64,000 nt of DNA, taken from positions 8,680,001 through 8,744,000 of the forward strand of contig NC_135770.1 of the NCBI RefSeq assembly GCF_052425735.1, read 5' to 3'. Made by a program: the position numbers and the translations under genes. Position 1 is the first letter of the stretch. Every line of letters begins with the position of its first letter. The notes under the pieces are model-generated. The model did no database searches. It was not told the DNA's origin and saw nothing but the letters and a program-made list of their open reading frames with translations. Source of the stretch: Oculina patagonica (taxonomy: Eukaryota). Below, one piece after another: positions 37,824 to 50,600 of the stretch.

Positions 37824-39921
37824 TTAGAGTTCGAGAGGTAGAGGTGTCCCAAAGACGCTCGAAATTTCTTAAAAAGTCGCTCGAAAGTTGCTCCAAAACT
37901 GCAGTTGCTTTTAAATAATAAAATTCTCCAATATATATGCTAATTATATTTCCCTTTGAAGGTAAGATTTCTTAACATTTTCATGGAATTTAACTGCAAC
38001 TGAAAAATCTAAATAACATTTAAAAGGCCAACAATTGGTGAATTACAAGAATTTCTTTCACTAAGTTTGTTGACGAGTTTTTAATTCTAAACTTCCTCGG
38101 AAATCTTCGGCCAATTTTGTTTATTTTTGGAGAAGTTCGAAAAATGCTCGGAATTGTTCGTACGGCCTTCAAACAACACTCAGACAAACTTCGGAAATCT
38201 GCCATAAGTTGTTCAAAAGATGAAAAGTTGCCGAGCATTTATATTTGGGGCAGCCCTTTCGAGGGGCCGCCATTTTGGTTTCTAAGGCGAGCGAAAGATA
38301 ACAAATTTCTTGAACTCTACGACAACACGGAAAAATAGGGGACTGTGAACAGTCTAAGTTATAGGCTATCCTACTTATAAGCTCCCTTGGTTATTGGCCC
38401 AACTGTCTGCTAAAGAAAAAGAAGTACTCTGTTGATGTGTCGGTTATATATAAAAGCTCCCTTGAAATATAAGCCCTTTCAACTCACTAACGTCCACACA
38501 AAACATTACGTGCATGGAAATGAATATTATTATACAGATGCGAGTGTTTTACTGCAAAACAGACCACTGATAACAGGCCGAAACTGCATCCGGGACTGTA
38601 GTGGCGTATCTTCCATATCCACACTAGTGAGGATATTGATGACGTCATTTCGCGCCATTGCACGGCTGCCAAACTTTGCCAAACGCCGGTTGAAAGATGG
38701 CGAGTAATAGATAAGTTAAATGCATTGAATCCGACTTAAAATCGTTCACCAAGGATCTGAAAAATACAGACATGAAGAAAGAAACTTCAAATGCCTTAAA
38801 ACAGTTCAAGGAGTTTTCTTGCAAAGTAGATCAAAGGATAGATACGTCAGCAATCCCAGCCGCCGAAATGCAATTGTGCTTCAGTGACACTTCTGTTGTT
38901 TTTGTCTATATAATAAAAAGAACATTACACGTTGGCTCAAAGATATGATTTTTATGTTCTCAATTGTTTTTGCCACGAGAACATACAATTCATATCTTCT
39001 CGCCACCGTGTAATATCCTCACTCTCAGAGTGCTGGGTCAAAACGTTTAATCAAAATCGCTTTCTTTGTACAATATTTTGCTCAGCAGAGCCTCTTGGTC
39101 GTGTCTAGTCAAGCGCATTTTTGAAACCTTTTTTTTTGGCGTCTATAAGCCCCCCAATTTTTTTTTCCCCCAATTTAAACCAACCCAAAAACCCCTTGGG
39201 AGGTGTAAGCTAAGGGCATATAACAAGTATTTAAACATATCGGTGGGGCCAGTGGGCGGTAAGATAGGAACGAGGTCCTTTTATTTGTCAAATGACCACA
39301 GTTCTTGGATGAAAGCCATCATCAGTCCAGTTTATCCCCAGAAAAGGGTATACGCGTGACGTAACGAAACCATTGTTCTTAGATCTCCGATCAAAACATT
39401 CGGATCACGTGACAAAGCGTGTTCAACTCAAGCAAAATAATTTGCGGAGTTCAAACAGTGCGCGGTCCTTTATAGATTTCTTTTCAATCCCATCCGATCC
39501 CTTCCGATTCAATCCGATCTGATCCGATAATTTTATATCGGATCCATTCCGAACTGCTCCTGATGTTTACTATCTCGGACATGCGCGTGGTTAGTCGTCT
39601 TTTGGCGGTTTTTAAGGGCGCTGGCGCGATGATAATAAAGCTTTTAAAACGTTTTGGGATTCTTACCATTACGACAATTATGAAAATTTGAAAATTTTAA
39701 AACTGAGACAAAACTGCATGTTGAGATAAAATAAGATTTATTTAAAATGCGGCTCTGACTTGCTTACTAGTCAAAAACGTGAGTTGCTTCATGCATTTAG
39801 TACAGCTTTATATCAAAGGCAAACATTACGCTTGTATGACACTGAGGCTTAAATAATTAAGAGATCAAAAAAATGGTATCATTAAGTTTTCATTTTCGTC
39901 ACACTACACCCACTGAATATC

Positions 39922-41174
39922 TCAACTTTTAGTCATTTCGTTCGCCAAGCTAGGCAAAAAAAAAGAAACAGCTCGTTTTCTCCTGGGACGGGTTTTCGAT
40001 TTCTCACTTGAAGTTGAACTGCTCTCCTCCGTCTCGCGTTCAGAAATGGCTGGCATGTGATGTGCTGAGGTGTCTTTTGACGTTCCATTTTTCTCTTCCG
40101 GAGAAACGGTTCGACTTTTCTTTGACCGTTTTAACTCTCTTTCCTGAGCGCGTTCTTTAAACAAACTTGCGGATATATTCTTGCAATCCATCGAGGACAG
40201 CTTTGACGTGTTTTGCGATACTTTTTCTGAAGAATTATCTCCGTCTTTGCTAGCAATTGCTAGTGGAAGGCTAAAAGCTTTGTGAAAAGTTAACTTCTTC
40301 TCTTCTGTAAGTTCTACATTTTCTCCGGAGTCGTTGCTCTTTTGGTCCGCGTTAAAACACGGTGCTAAATGTTTTTGTTCGTTAACACTTCCTTCGGCTC
40401 TCGTGTTTTGGGAATTTTTTCTGATGGCATTGACAAAGTTTTCAGCATGCATAGCTTTTCTATCCAATCCAAAATCCATTAAAGCCACCCCTCTTTCGCT
40501 TAAAATTCTCATTTTCTCTTTCTCGGATTTGAGTAAGAGCGCGGTCCAGCGCTTCTTGCTATCTACAGCGATATCTTGTTCCTTCTTGGCGTAAAACCAC
40601 GCAGCCCCCCAACGCCGACACTCACTTTTCGCCGCAGACTTGCACGACTTGTGAAATCGCTGCACATCCCCCTCGCCAATGTAAGGAAAGCTATTTGCCA
40701 CGCCAGAATCCTTTATCGAAGACTTCCTAACTGCACCATAGCTTGGAGTCTGTTCCTTGCTTGTCCTTCTCAAAGGACGAGAATTTTTTTCGTCTGTAGG
40801 ATCAAAAGCCAGCGACGCTGAGCCACCGAACGATTTTTGGTTCATGGGTAGCTGTGTGTTTGCTTCCGACAAGGGCGTCTTCGTCGAATGTCTTCGTTCG
40901 CGCGAGATTGAAAAAGAATTCCGTTGACGGAGTTGTTTCTCGCGTTCAAACCGAAGTCGGTCTCTCTGCAAATTGTTCAGTTCTTTAACTACTTTTCGTT
41001 CTTCTTCAACGTGGTGAAGAAATCTCGCGTCCTTCTTCTTTCCAAATCAGCGCTGAGTTTTCGGAATTTTTCCTCTTCCACGCGGCTTTTAAGATCCAAC
41101 CATTCACTCGGTTCTCGTTTTTCTCGCGCGGGATCTCCAGAATTAAGCACCAACTCCACTATATCTGATGCCAT
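39922..41174 (-). CDS. Orphan coiled-coil protein (CCDC190-like N-terminus), ~417 aa if one frameshift at 40989-41046 is corrected
   Basis: ATG at 41174 (AAAATGG) opens MASDIVELV..EEEKFRKLSADLE. The -1 frame continues KKDARFLHHVEEERKVVKELNNLQRDRLRFEREK into the 349-aa ORF. AATAAA on the minus strand at ~39737. Confidence 0.7.
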
Positions 41175-41362
41175 TTTGAAACTTAACTGGCACGCGAGAT
41201 AAAAACACGCGCCAATATGCACTGAACGAAAAGAACAGTGTTTAAAATATTCACGGGACTTCAGACGAAAGCAATCTCTCCAGCTGCAAGTTTTTTTCCT
41301 TCCAAACTTTACTCCGTTGTTGAAATTTTCGCTGACTGCATCTTATAAAGTGTTTACTCTCC

Positions 41363-41376
41363 GTTACCACGGAAAG
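41363..41376. promoter_or_regulatory. RFX X-box-like motif ~190 bp upstream of the 41174 ATG
   Basis: GTTACCACGGAAAG compared with the consensus GTTRCCATGGNAAC; a second half-site CCATGGCAAC lies at 42354-42363. Confidence 0.35.
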
Positions 41377-43512
41377 AAAACAAACACATGGTGTAGTGCG
41401 TTTGCATATCAAGGCACGCATCACTCGCTCTCGATATTTCTAAAGCATTGTTTGTACAAATCCCACTAAACAAAAGTACTCCGACAATTAAACAAAGTGT
41501 TATAGAAACGGAAGCAATTAATTAGTTCCCAAGTGGGGTCGTTAGTAAATGTGCGGCTCGTAATGAAAAGAAAGAACGAGAGTTCGGGTCGGTATTCCTG
41601 ACTAAAATATGCAGCTTTTTCAGCTATATACGTAGCTCGAGGTCCGTAAACTGTAAAATGCGGACCGACGTTCCACAGTAGGAACAGTACAGACTGAGAA
41701 AACCAAGTTTATGTAATGTTCATCATCTCTCCGAAAAAGGAAAACGTTTCAAGTCAACTGCGCGGAGAGCGCGCCGTTCTGTTGGATACAGTCCGAAAAT
41801 TATCAGCGCGTACTGAGAGATATTAAAACAGTTCTTTCGCCCGTGTCGCCATCAAATTTCTCCTTGCGGTAATCAGTGACTTAGTCTTTAGTCAAGATGT
41901 CTTTCAGAGATGGTCAAGTTCTGTCTTTCTCGTGACTAGTCGCAAAAAGATAAAGGAAAGATACAAATGTTTAGAAAGGGACAAACTATGAAATGGGATG
42001 CAAATGTGAACATTAATTGCAAATCCAAAGCCATATAATTGACGAAATACTAAATCACTTTGTTCTTATTCGCTCGGCAAACCATGTAAGAAATTTTCTT
42101 CGATTTTTACTCTTCGCCAAGGTCTAGTCTCCGTTGACACCTTTCACAGGAACCGTTTAAAAGCAAGGCTGACCACTTGCCGTCAGAGCATGTCTGGACC
42201 AGGCAAAGCCAAGCTGCCCAAATTCTGAGGTGCCAATGTCCCTGCGTTAAATGTTCTTGCGCAAGACACTTTACTATCCTAGTACAAGCGTTCACCTCAC
42301 ACGTGTGAACGGTGTGAAAGACACATTGACTTTTTTTTCTACTAGCACCCTACCCATGGCAACTTAATTCAAAATATCTTTAGATTTAGTAACTTTAAAA
42401 CTTTCAAACTTCTTCGGTACTACAACCTTGTGCGGCGAATCTTTGTGCGGTTACAACGTTCTTTGTAATTTCTGAAAATCTACACAAACAAACGCGTGCA
42501 CACAATTTAAGTGCTGTCTTTTTCACGTGTGAAAATAGTTTGAACAGTTTAAAGGCTGTTACATGCAGTGTTCGTAGCGCGTTTCACTTATTTAAAAATT
42601 TATCTCGACTTAATTCAAAGTAAAGTCGTGTTCCCATAATCATTACTTCGTAAACAAAGCCTGCTAATTAACGACGGTATCTTTGTTAGCTTCACTTAAG
42701 TGTGTTTGTTTAACGGGCAAAGAGGTTAAGCCACGCGCAAGCATAATTGTTAAAAGCTATCAGTTTCTTTTTTTTAATGGATGCACTCAGAATACTGTGC
42801 CATTAAATACGTATCGATACCCATCTTTTAATAGGGCCTCTCTACTTTACCTCTTCGAGGCTGCCACGAAAGGATAACTGTGGATTTTTAACTTTAGTAC
42901 AATATCCGAAAAACAGTTCTTTAGCATTGACACGAGAACAAAAGATTCGAAGCATCTGTTGAGGAGTGTTTTGTCCAATTGTGTCATCATAATACAAAGG
43001 CATTAACAGGAAACCAAGCCATGCTCGTCTGACCAATTGTGGCTTAATCTTCGGCTTGGGATGAAAGTGCAAATGAGTTTCAATTAGTCAGTACACTCGA
43101 AGGGCAAAGCTAATTTTCATATGACTGCCCGTGTGACATTTATCATCTGTTTTCAAGACGACAAACTTGTGCAATTGCGTGGCTCTGAACCGAGAGCAAA
43201 AAGAGGAGAAATTTCCACGGAGGCAGTTGTGCTAGTAAGCTGTGTTTGCTCAAGACGAATTGAGCGCCGAAGTGTATCAGTCGCTAAGTTTATCGCACCA
43301 ACGTAGCAACCAAAGGATAGGCGAACAACAAAGGCAAATTATCGAAGTACAAATCTCGAATTTGTCGCTGCTCATTGTCGCCTCATATGCTGTGAATTTG
43401 GAAATTAAATACTCAAAGTTAACGCAACACCTACGTGTTCAAGAGACTTTTTGTCAAAGAAATGTGCTGTTTATTGCGATAACTGTTTAACCATCACAAT
43501 TCCTGGAAAGTA

Positions 43513-45204
43513 ATGATTCCGCAAGTTCGAGTAAGCAAGCCAATGGATGGTTTAACTTCAAGAAAATGCAGACAGCGGGAAGAAAATGTTACTTTGAGGA
43601 ACGTCGTTAGTCAAATAAATTTGTCCAGTGAGAAAATGGTCGCGAACACTGTCAAAAAAGCGGCCATTTTAGGGAAACTACACCAAGCTAGTATACACGA
43701 TTTTGCGTCCGCGGGAGAGACAAGAGATCCACACGAAGCCATCTTTGAAATGAAGTCCATGCGAAAAAGTTTGCAAAATCATCTGAAAAACGACGGGCAC
43801 AAGACATTAAGTCCTGAAGGAAAGTTGAGACAATTTTCGGCAAGAAAACCGCCGGTAGGTCAGCGAGGGACTTCAGCAATTTATTCAGGAAGATTATCAA
43901 ACGCTTCATCTTATACGGGTGTTTTTATAAAGAGGAATGAAAATGAGAAAAAGGACTACAGAAAGGAATCACAGGGGAGACCATCGACCACCAGGCAAGA
44001 AGTGATAAATCGCCAAGATGAATTTACGCGGAATGTTTACAGTCGACATATGACCACGCCAACTCCACGCATAACTGTAGAAAACAACGCTAAAGATTAC
44101 ACCGAAATTAATTTCAAAATAAACTCGCAATCGGTAGAAACTGAAACAGAAACTTCAAGGAAAGAAAGTCACACTGAAAACAAATCAGACGACAACGACG
44201 AAGTGTTCTTTAGCGCAAGCGACGCAAGAAACAGCGCGTTAAGTGCGCCACAAGAAGATATTTTGCTGGAAGAAAAAGAAGTGTTGAACAAATTCACTGA
44301 TCCGCAATTAAAGGAATCGCTGCAAAATATAATCAAGAGACGGCGAAGCAGCGTACGCTTTGTAAAATCCGAGTCGGGATACGACATGGTAAACCTTGAG
44401 AACACAATTAGCGAACATCTGGAGGAAAATACAGATCAATATAAACAAGAACAGCAACAACAATTAGCGGATAGCGAAAATGCAGTCGAGGAGGCAAAAA
44501 ACAGCGAAAACCGAAGTGTTCAATCGGCGTCTTCTCGGCGAGTTTCGGCAAATCGCGAGCGCACGACGAGCGCGGGAACTATAACTTCGGAGAAAAGCCA
44601 CGTCGCGGCCAATCCTCGGCAACCTCGAACGCGCTCACGAAAAACTGGAAGTCAAGAACAAGGAATTTCCACAGCGAGGCGCATTTCGTCGGCTAGGTCA
44701 TGTGTGAGTACAGCGTCAAATCAGACGCAAAGAAGTTTAAGTTCTCCCATCCTGAGAAGGCGAAGACCCGAATTCCAGACAGAAGAGACCAGAATTATTC
44801 GGCCTGCTACTGCAAAGGGATACGTACCCAATTTAACCAACAGGAAAGTCTCGCGCAAGTATTCAGCGCTATCTTGTCCTGAAATTTTACAGCGTAGAGA
44901 CCAAGCCAAAAATTTGGCTCAGGTTAAAATGATCCGAGAATTCCTTTTAATGTACACCAAAGTCGCAACAAAGAAAGACGAAGCACTTCCCAAAAGCGGG
45001 CCTGTTCGTATGATGAGTCAAACACCGGAATTGGTCATCAAGAGCGCCATTGGTCAGTTCTTAACGTGTGCTTTTCCGTCTGGGGAAAGTGAGGAATGGA
45101 CTGGATTAAGCGCCAGGTCGAAAAAGGAACGATACGAGGAACAACAGCGCTCGAAGTTGTTAAGGATAAAGATTTGCATGAAACATTTGGCCTCTGTAGC
45201 TTGA
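43513..45204 (+). CDS. Orphan protein, 563 aa, single coding exon, largely disordered and rich in R/S/E
   Basis: Uninterrupted 1.7 kb ORF with helical-looking N- and C-terminal segments and multiple RRxS/RPxT motifs; no recognisable domain. Confidence 0.85.
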   Translation: MIPQVRVSKPMDGLTSRKCRQREENVTLRNVVSQINLSSEKMVANTVKKAAILGKLHQASIHDFASAGETRDPHEAIFEMKSMRKSLQNHLKNDGHKTLSPEGKLRQFSARKPPVGQRGTSAIYSGRLSNASSYTGVFIKRNENEKKDYRKESQGRPSTTRQEVINRQDEFTRNVYSRHMTTPTPRITVENNAKDYTEINFKINSQSVETETETSRKESHTENKSDDNDEVFFSASDARNSALSAPQEDILLEEKEVLNKFTDPQLKESLQNIIKRRRSSVRFVKSESGYDMVNLENTISEHLEENTDQYKQEQQQQLADSENAVEEAKNSENRSVQSASSRRVSANRERTTSAGTITSEKSHVAANPRQPRTRSRKTGSQEQGISTARRISSARSCVSTASNQTQRSLSSPILRRRRPEFQTEETRIIRPATAKGYVPNLTNRKVSRKYSALSCPEILQRRDQAKNLAQVKMIREFLLMYTKVATKKDEALPKSGPVRMMSQTPELVIKSAIGQFLTCAFPSGESEEWTGLSARSKKERYEEQQRSKLLRIKICMKHLASVA

Positions 45205-45474
45205 TATTATATATATGTGTTTAAATTACTCTGGCTTGCATCTTCACTTGGGAAAGTCTTTCAATATCCAGCCAAGGATCTTTATATTATGCTTACTGAT
45301 TTTAGTACAATGTACATTTGTAAGTCGCGAGGATTTTGTGTTATCAACTTGATAATACAATATCAATGTTGATTATTGATGTCTTAAATAATTTGAAAGC
45401 ATTCCTGATCCAACCACCTTCCCAGAAAGGGAAGAAGAATCGAAAAAATACACTGAGGTAGATAAGAAGCTTAA

Positions 45475-45783
45475 CCACAGGCAGACCACCCTACGTGTTG
45501 TGGTTATTATTGTTGACATAAGGTTTTGAAACAAGGCGCATATAGAAGATATAGAGAAACATTACGTCTGCTTCGATAAAAATAAACGTCTTAAGGGCTC
45601 GGGCGGCAAAAACACGACACGACAGCTTTTTCTTAACTTTTATTAAATCATTAGAGTATTTTATATTTTGTAGTAAATCGAGCCGACGTAATGTTTCTCT
45701 ATATATCCTATATGCGCCATGATTTCAACATAACCTTATGTCAACATTATTAACCACGAACACATAGGGTGGTCTGCCTGTGG
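45475..45783. mobile_element. piggyBac-like MITE
   Basis: TTAA flanks; ~50-bp TIR CCACAGGCAGACCACCCTA...GTTGACATAAGG. Confidence 0.7.
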
Positions 45784-46287
45784 CTTAACTTATCAAGTCA
45801 GTTGACTTGAATTTTGCAAAATCGATAATGTAAAAGAAAATTGCTTCTCTAGCAAAATTATTGGCAAAACCTACCTCTATTCATTGTTTCATTCAATCGA
45901 TTCTTCTTTTTTTTTTTTGCAGTCTTCCACCTTTTAAGTCACAAATTATTTATTTTAATATTTATTTATAAACTATACTTTTACTTATGCTTTTAACATG
46001 TGCAATTCATTTAGAATAACATCAATTGAAAATAGTTTTAAGTAGGATCTACACCAAGATTTCTAAAATGGTGTTTAAATATGTATGTATAAATAAAATT
46101 GGATGTGACTTTCCAATTTAAATCACATCACATAGTGGAAATGTTATTTGATAACAAGGAAACCTGGGACTGAAAATAAAAATGGTTTCGCTACTTTTTA
46201 GTCAAAGCTGACTTTTGCCCCTTGACTCAAACTATGTATTGTATTGATGCTTACTTAAATAATTTTGCTAAAAACCCAGCATGTAAT

Positions 46288-46444
46288 AGTCCATTTTACA
46301 GTTGCCTGCAGTGTGACCTGGCCTTGAATGGTAGTGAGGTGGAGGTGACCTTGAATTGATACAAACCTCTCTGCTTTATTATGTAAATGCAAACTAGTTT
46401 GCATCAAAACAACATGATTAACACAACAAAAGCAGTGAGGTCTG

Positions 46445-46475
<31 letters not shown>

Positions 46476-46520
46476 CCATTCAAAGGCCAGGTCACTGAGA
46501 GACAACTGTAAAATGGACTT
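46288..46520. mobile_element. Palindromic MITE
   Basis: AGTCCATTTTACAGTTG / CAACTGTAAAATGGACT ends; internal arms AGTGTGACCTGGCC..GGAGGTGACCTTG. Confidence 0.75.
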
Positions 46521-47637
46521 ATATATCGTGTTGACAAAACTGTGGCATTCATTGCTGTCACACAAGGTAGTCAAAGCATTTTGATTAGTTTACTTTTGTT
46601 GACCTGTAATTTTTTCACTGTACTCCCACACTGCTCATCACGACCCGCATTTAGCAGGACTTTAGTACCCAGGCTACTTACATAGACTTATCCTGCCACA
46701 TTTCTGTGCTTAGTACACTGACGGGTTATTGTTTAATGTTTTAGAGAATTTTAAATACAACTCTCGTTCCCAGGTCTTTCTCTCCTGCCACATTCTAACG
46801 AGAACTTATTGTACTCCTAAGTGTTACGTTTATAAATAAAATTTGATTTGATTTGTATTTTTGATTTGGTTGTCACGCTGGTGACAGGCAGTGACAGGAT
46901 ATTGCGTGACGACAGATGGAACGCTTTTGTAAATAGCGCCAGTGAATGAAAAGTGCCCTAAAATTTATTACATTTTACTTCTACTTACTTGGTTTTGTAT
47001 GCCATTCCATTCGCTTTTCCTGTTTCACGTTTAATAAGCTTAAAATCCACATTTCGGACGTGTACTTGAAGCAGTAAACCCTAAATTATAAGAAGCAGTA
47101 AATTTTAATGCTGAAGGAAAAAAAGAAGCTTTAACTGTTTCAATTTTTTTTTTCTAAAAATATTCTTTCAAGACAACTTACCACGTGATGAGGAACTTAG
47201 GTATTTCTACCACAGCCGGCGCGCGTGACTTTGCAAGCGGCGTGACCTTTGCAAGAGAACCCGTTCGCAATTCGGCTAAACTTTAGAGTACCCGGCCACT
47301 TTTTTGCATCTCAGAGAAACTTGAAGTTCTTGTGGTCATGTAAGCTCACAATCACTGTTACAATCACACGTGTACAATCAGAAAAATTTACAAAATGCGA
47401 GACGCTGAGATCAGATCAAATGTTCGCGGGTCCTTGATCGAACGGGATCGCGCGATGTTTTATGGGAGCGAGGCACCTTGTTCCCAGTGTTTTCTCGGAT
47501 TTAAACGCCGGCAAAAAAGCGGTCAGCGGTAGGGTCTTTATAATTCTCGTGTTCGTGACTGTAGCACAGAGTGTCACACAGAGATCCGCGCTGCACGGAG
47601 CTTGAGTATAAAACTCGACGAGCTTGGGAAAAAAACC

Positions 47638-50600
47638 ATGGTGGTGTCGCAAGAGGTCTTTGGCAAAACAGAATCGGGCGAAGAAGTCATCAAATATACC
47701 ATCAAAAACAGCAATGGACTTGAGCTGGATGTGATATCGTTTGGGGCTACTTTTGTTTCGCTGAGATGCCCCGATAGGTAAGAGAAAACGTTTCGTGACT
47801 CGCGCCCTGCAGCTCAACGGGCGTTTCCAGAGAAACTCTTTTAACGTAAGTAATATATCTATACATTTAGGTTCTTAAATGCCTTTTAAAGAGAAAAGTT
47901 CATTTCGAAGGTTGGTTTTCCTGCAGGATTTTACCTCGATTTACCAGAAATTTAACTCTGATTTCATTTTCCAACATCCTCAGCTTTCTTCTTGGAAAAA
48001 AATTAAACAAACAGCTGAACAAATAAACTAAGTCTAGTTCCGGGGATCAATCTGTGAGGGGTGGGGTATGGGAGGAAAACAATTATTTTTCTTATAGGCT
48101 TGTCGTAGGCTTGGATAAAATAATAATCTCTCTGCCCTTCATTGCCGTGACCAGACAAAAATTCTTACCAAGGTAATATCAGAAAAAAACACTTCAATCA
48201 TATTTCATATCATTTTAATTTGTAGCCTCTTACAAAAAACTGAAAAAAAAAATCAAAATTTTTACCTCGGCAAGTGTCTCAGTTCGCATGTTTCTCGTTA
48301 CAGCCCTGCTTAAAAATTTGCACATTTTGCTGATATTCTACTCGGACATCCTATCATGCACATATTCTGCTTGGTAACCAATGATTCCATCAGGAATTCA
48401 GTTTATTAGCTGTCACAAGGCTTGGATAAATTCTGCGCAAAATGCATTTTTTTATGTTAAACCTAATGCACCTGTCAATTTTAAGCCCCAGGTTGGGGGG
48501 GGGGGGGCAGATTCAGGGGATTTTGACATTTTTTGGAAGCCAGAGTCGAATTCCCCACCCTTGGGCACCTAGTGAATGTCAAATTTCACATATCTCTTCT
48601 TAAATTTCCAACCCAGCAGACGATTTTAGATGTCAAAATCCCTACCCTGGGAGAGCTTCGCAATGTCAAACTCCCGTGGGTTGCCCCCCCCCCCCACAAC
48701 CCTGGGGCTTAACATTGACAGGTGCATAAATTCTGCTTTAGAAAAACTTTGCTTTAAAGCCACTTAATTCACAAAATAATGCTGCACAGCAAAAGTGTTT
48801 ATTTCCATGTTATCTGTGCTATTGTTTAGTTAGAGTGCACCCTAACCAGACATACATGTATATTGGCTGTTGAGAAGACCTTTTTTTACAGTTGGCAAAT
48901 TTGAATAACAAAAGAAACGTGACGACATTGTTTGCATGCATAAAGTAGAAATCACATTTAGTGATTTGCTTTACACTGGTGCAGTGCTTAAATAATTTTT
49001 TTTTTATATTAATATATTAGGAATGGGAAGATAGATGATGTTGTTCTGGGATATGATAAGCTGGAGGGTGAGTGTTAACTGATCACCAATTTATAAAATT
49101 AATATAAATTGTGTAGTTCCATAAAATAATTATCCATACCTCCCCCACGGAAGGGATTTTTCCTTAGAAAATTTCCCCCTCCCCCACCCCTCTGGAACAT
49201 TTCCTTAAAGTTTGGCCCTCCCACCCCCAGGAATTTCCAATCCTTTTCTGTGGGGGGGGGAGTATGGGCATTTTCTGGGACCACACGTTATAAGAATTTT
49301 TTTTAGAAATTGTTACAGCCAACATTTGATTATAATATCCAGATAATCAAGTGTTCCGTAGAGAACGTGATACAGTGGAACCCCGATATAACGATATGCC
49401 AAGGGGGCAGTAAAATTATATCGTTATATCGAGGAATCGTTATATCGGGGTTCTGTCCCATACATTTTACTATTGCCGGGACATAACATATTCATCGTTT
49501 TATCGGGAATATCGTTATATCGAAGATCGTTATATCGGGGTTCCACTGTATATATGAATTCTTACTGGAGTTAAAAAAACCATCAGATAGCTATTCAGCC
49601 TCAACCATCTTGCAATTGGCCGTTCCGAGATTGCGCAGGGAACTGGGGTGAGTTTCAAATTTTGAGTAATCGATAATCTGACACCACCACATAAAAGATC
49701 AAAGTAAGATTGGTTATTTGACCAAGTTTGATGCTTTCAGGATGAACAGAGACAAAGTTATGGACCTTAAAACATGGTTTAAAATCCATACAAACGTCTT
49801 TAATTGCAAGCCAGCGTCCCGGGCCAAAACCATATAAACTCTTAAAATTTTTATCCGTTTTGTGACAGCTGTAAAATCCTGCCAAAGACCCATTATTTGA
49901 AAGAAACTAAGATGAAAATCACTATGTTTGCGCATTTTTAAGAGTATCACAAAAATCATAAAAAAAATAAGAGTTTATATGGTTTTGGGGGACGCTGTCT
50001 CATAATAAGAGACGTTTGTATGGATTTTTAACCATGTTTCAAGGCCCATAACTTCGTCTCTGTTCATCCTAAAACCATCAAATTTGGTCAAATGACCAAT
50101 CTCACCGGGTTCTTTCATGTGGTGGTGTCAGATTATTGATTGCTTAAACTTAAAAACTCGCCCCAGTTCCCTGCGCAACCTTGGAACGACCAATTAAATT
50201 GCTGCAATTTGACATTTCAGCAGAAACTTTTATCTTTAAGTTATTGGCCAATTTCTTGCACTTTGTGTAGATTTTTGTCGTATTTTTTTTGAGTTAGTGA
50301 TCGGGGGGGATGGGAACGTATGATTCCCAAGATAGGGGTGTTAAATGGTAAATTCGAGACAGCATTTTTTGAAGGACCATTCACCACCCCTCAAGATGGC
50401 AGAAACCAGGATGTATTGGGAGAAATTTGGCAACATTGCAAATAAAATTTCGCAATAGAAAATGTACATGTACTGTCGTCGCTAAACCATCATGGAAAGA
50501 TCCATTTACATTGGGACTGTACCCATTCCTTCCACCCATATGAGAATTTTTGCTACTGGATCAAATGTTATTAATTGTTTTAATTGGCAGATTATCTGAG

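Noticed and set aside
39485-39545. (ATCCG)-like pentamer repeats downstream of the 39922 gene
   Set aside because: Short degenerate simple repeat with no further structure.
43242-43490. 82-aa ORF upstream of the 563-aa gene as a frameshifted N-terminus
   Set aside because: It starts at a non-ATG codon and has no recognisable features, and the 43513 ORF has its own ATG.
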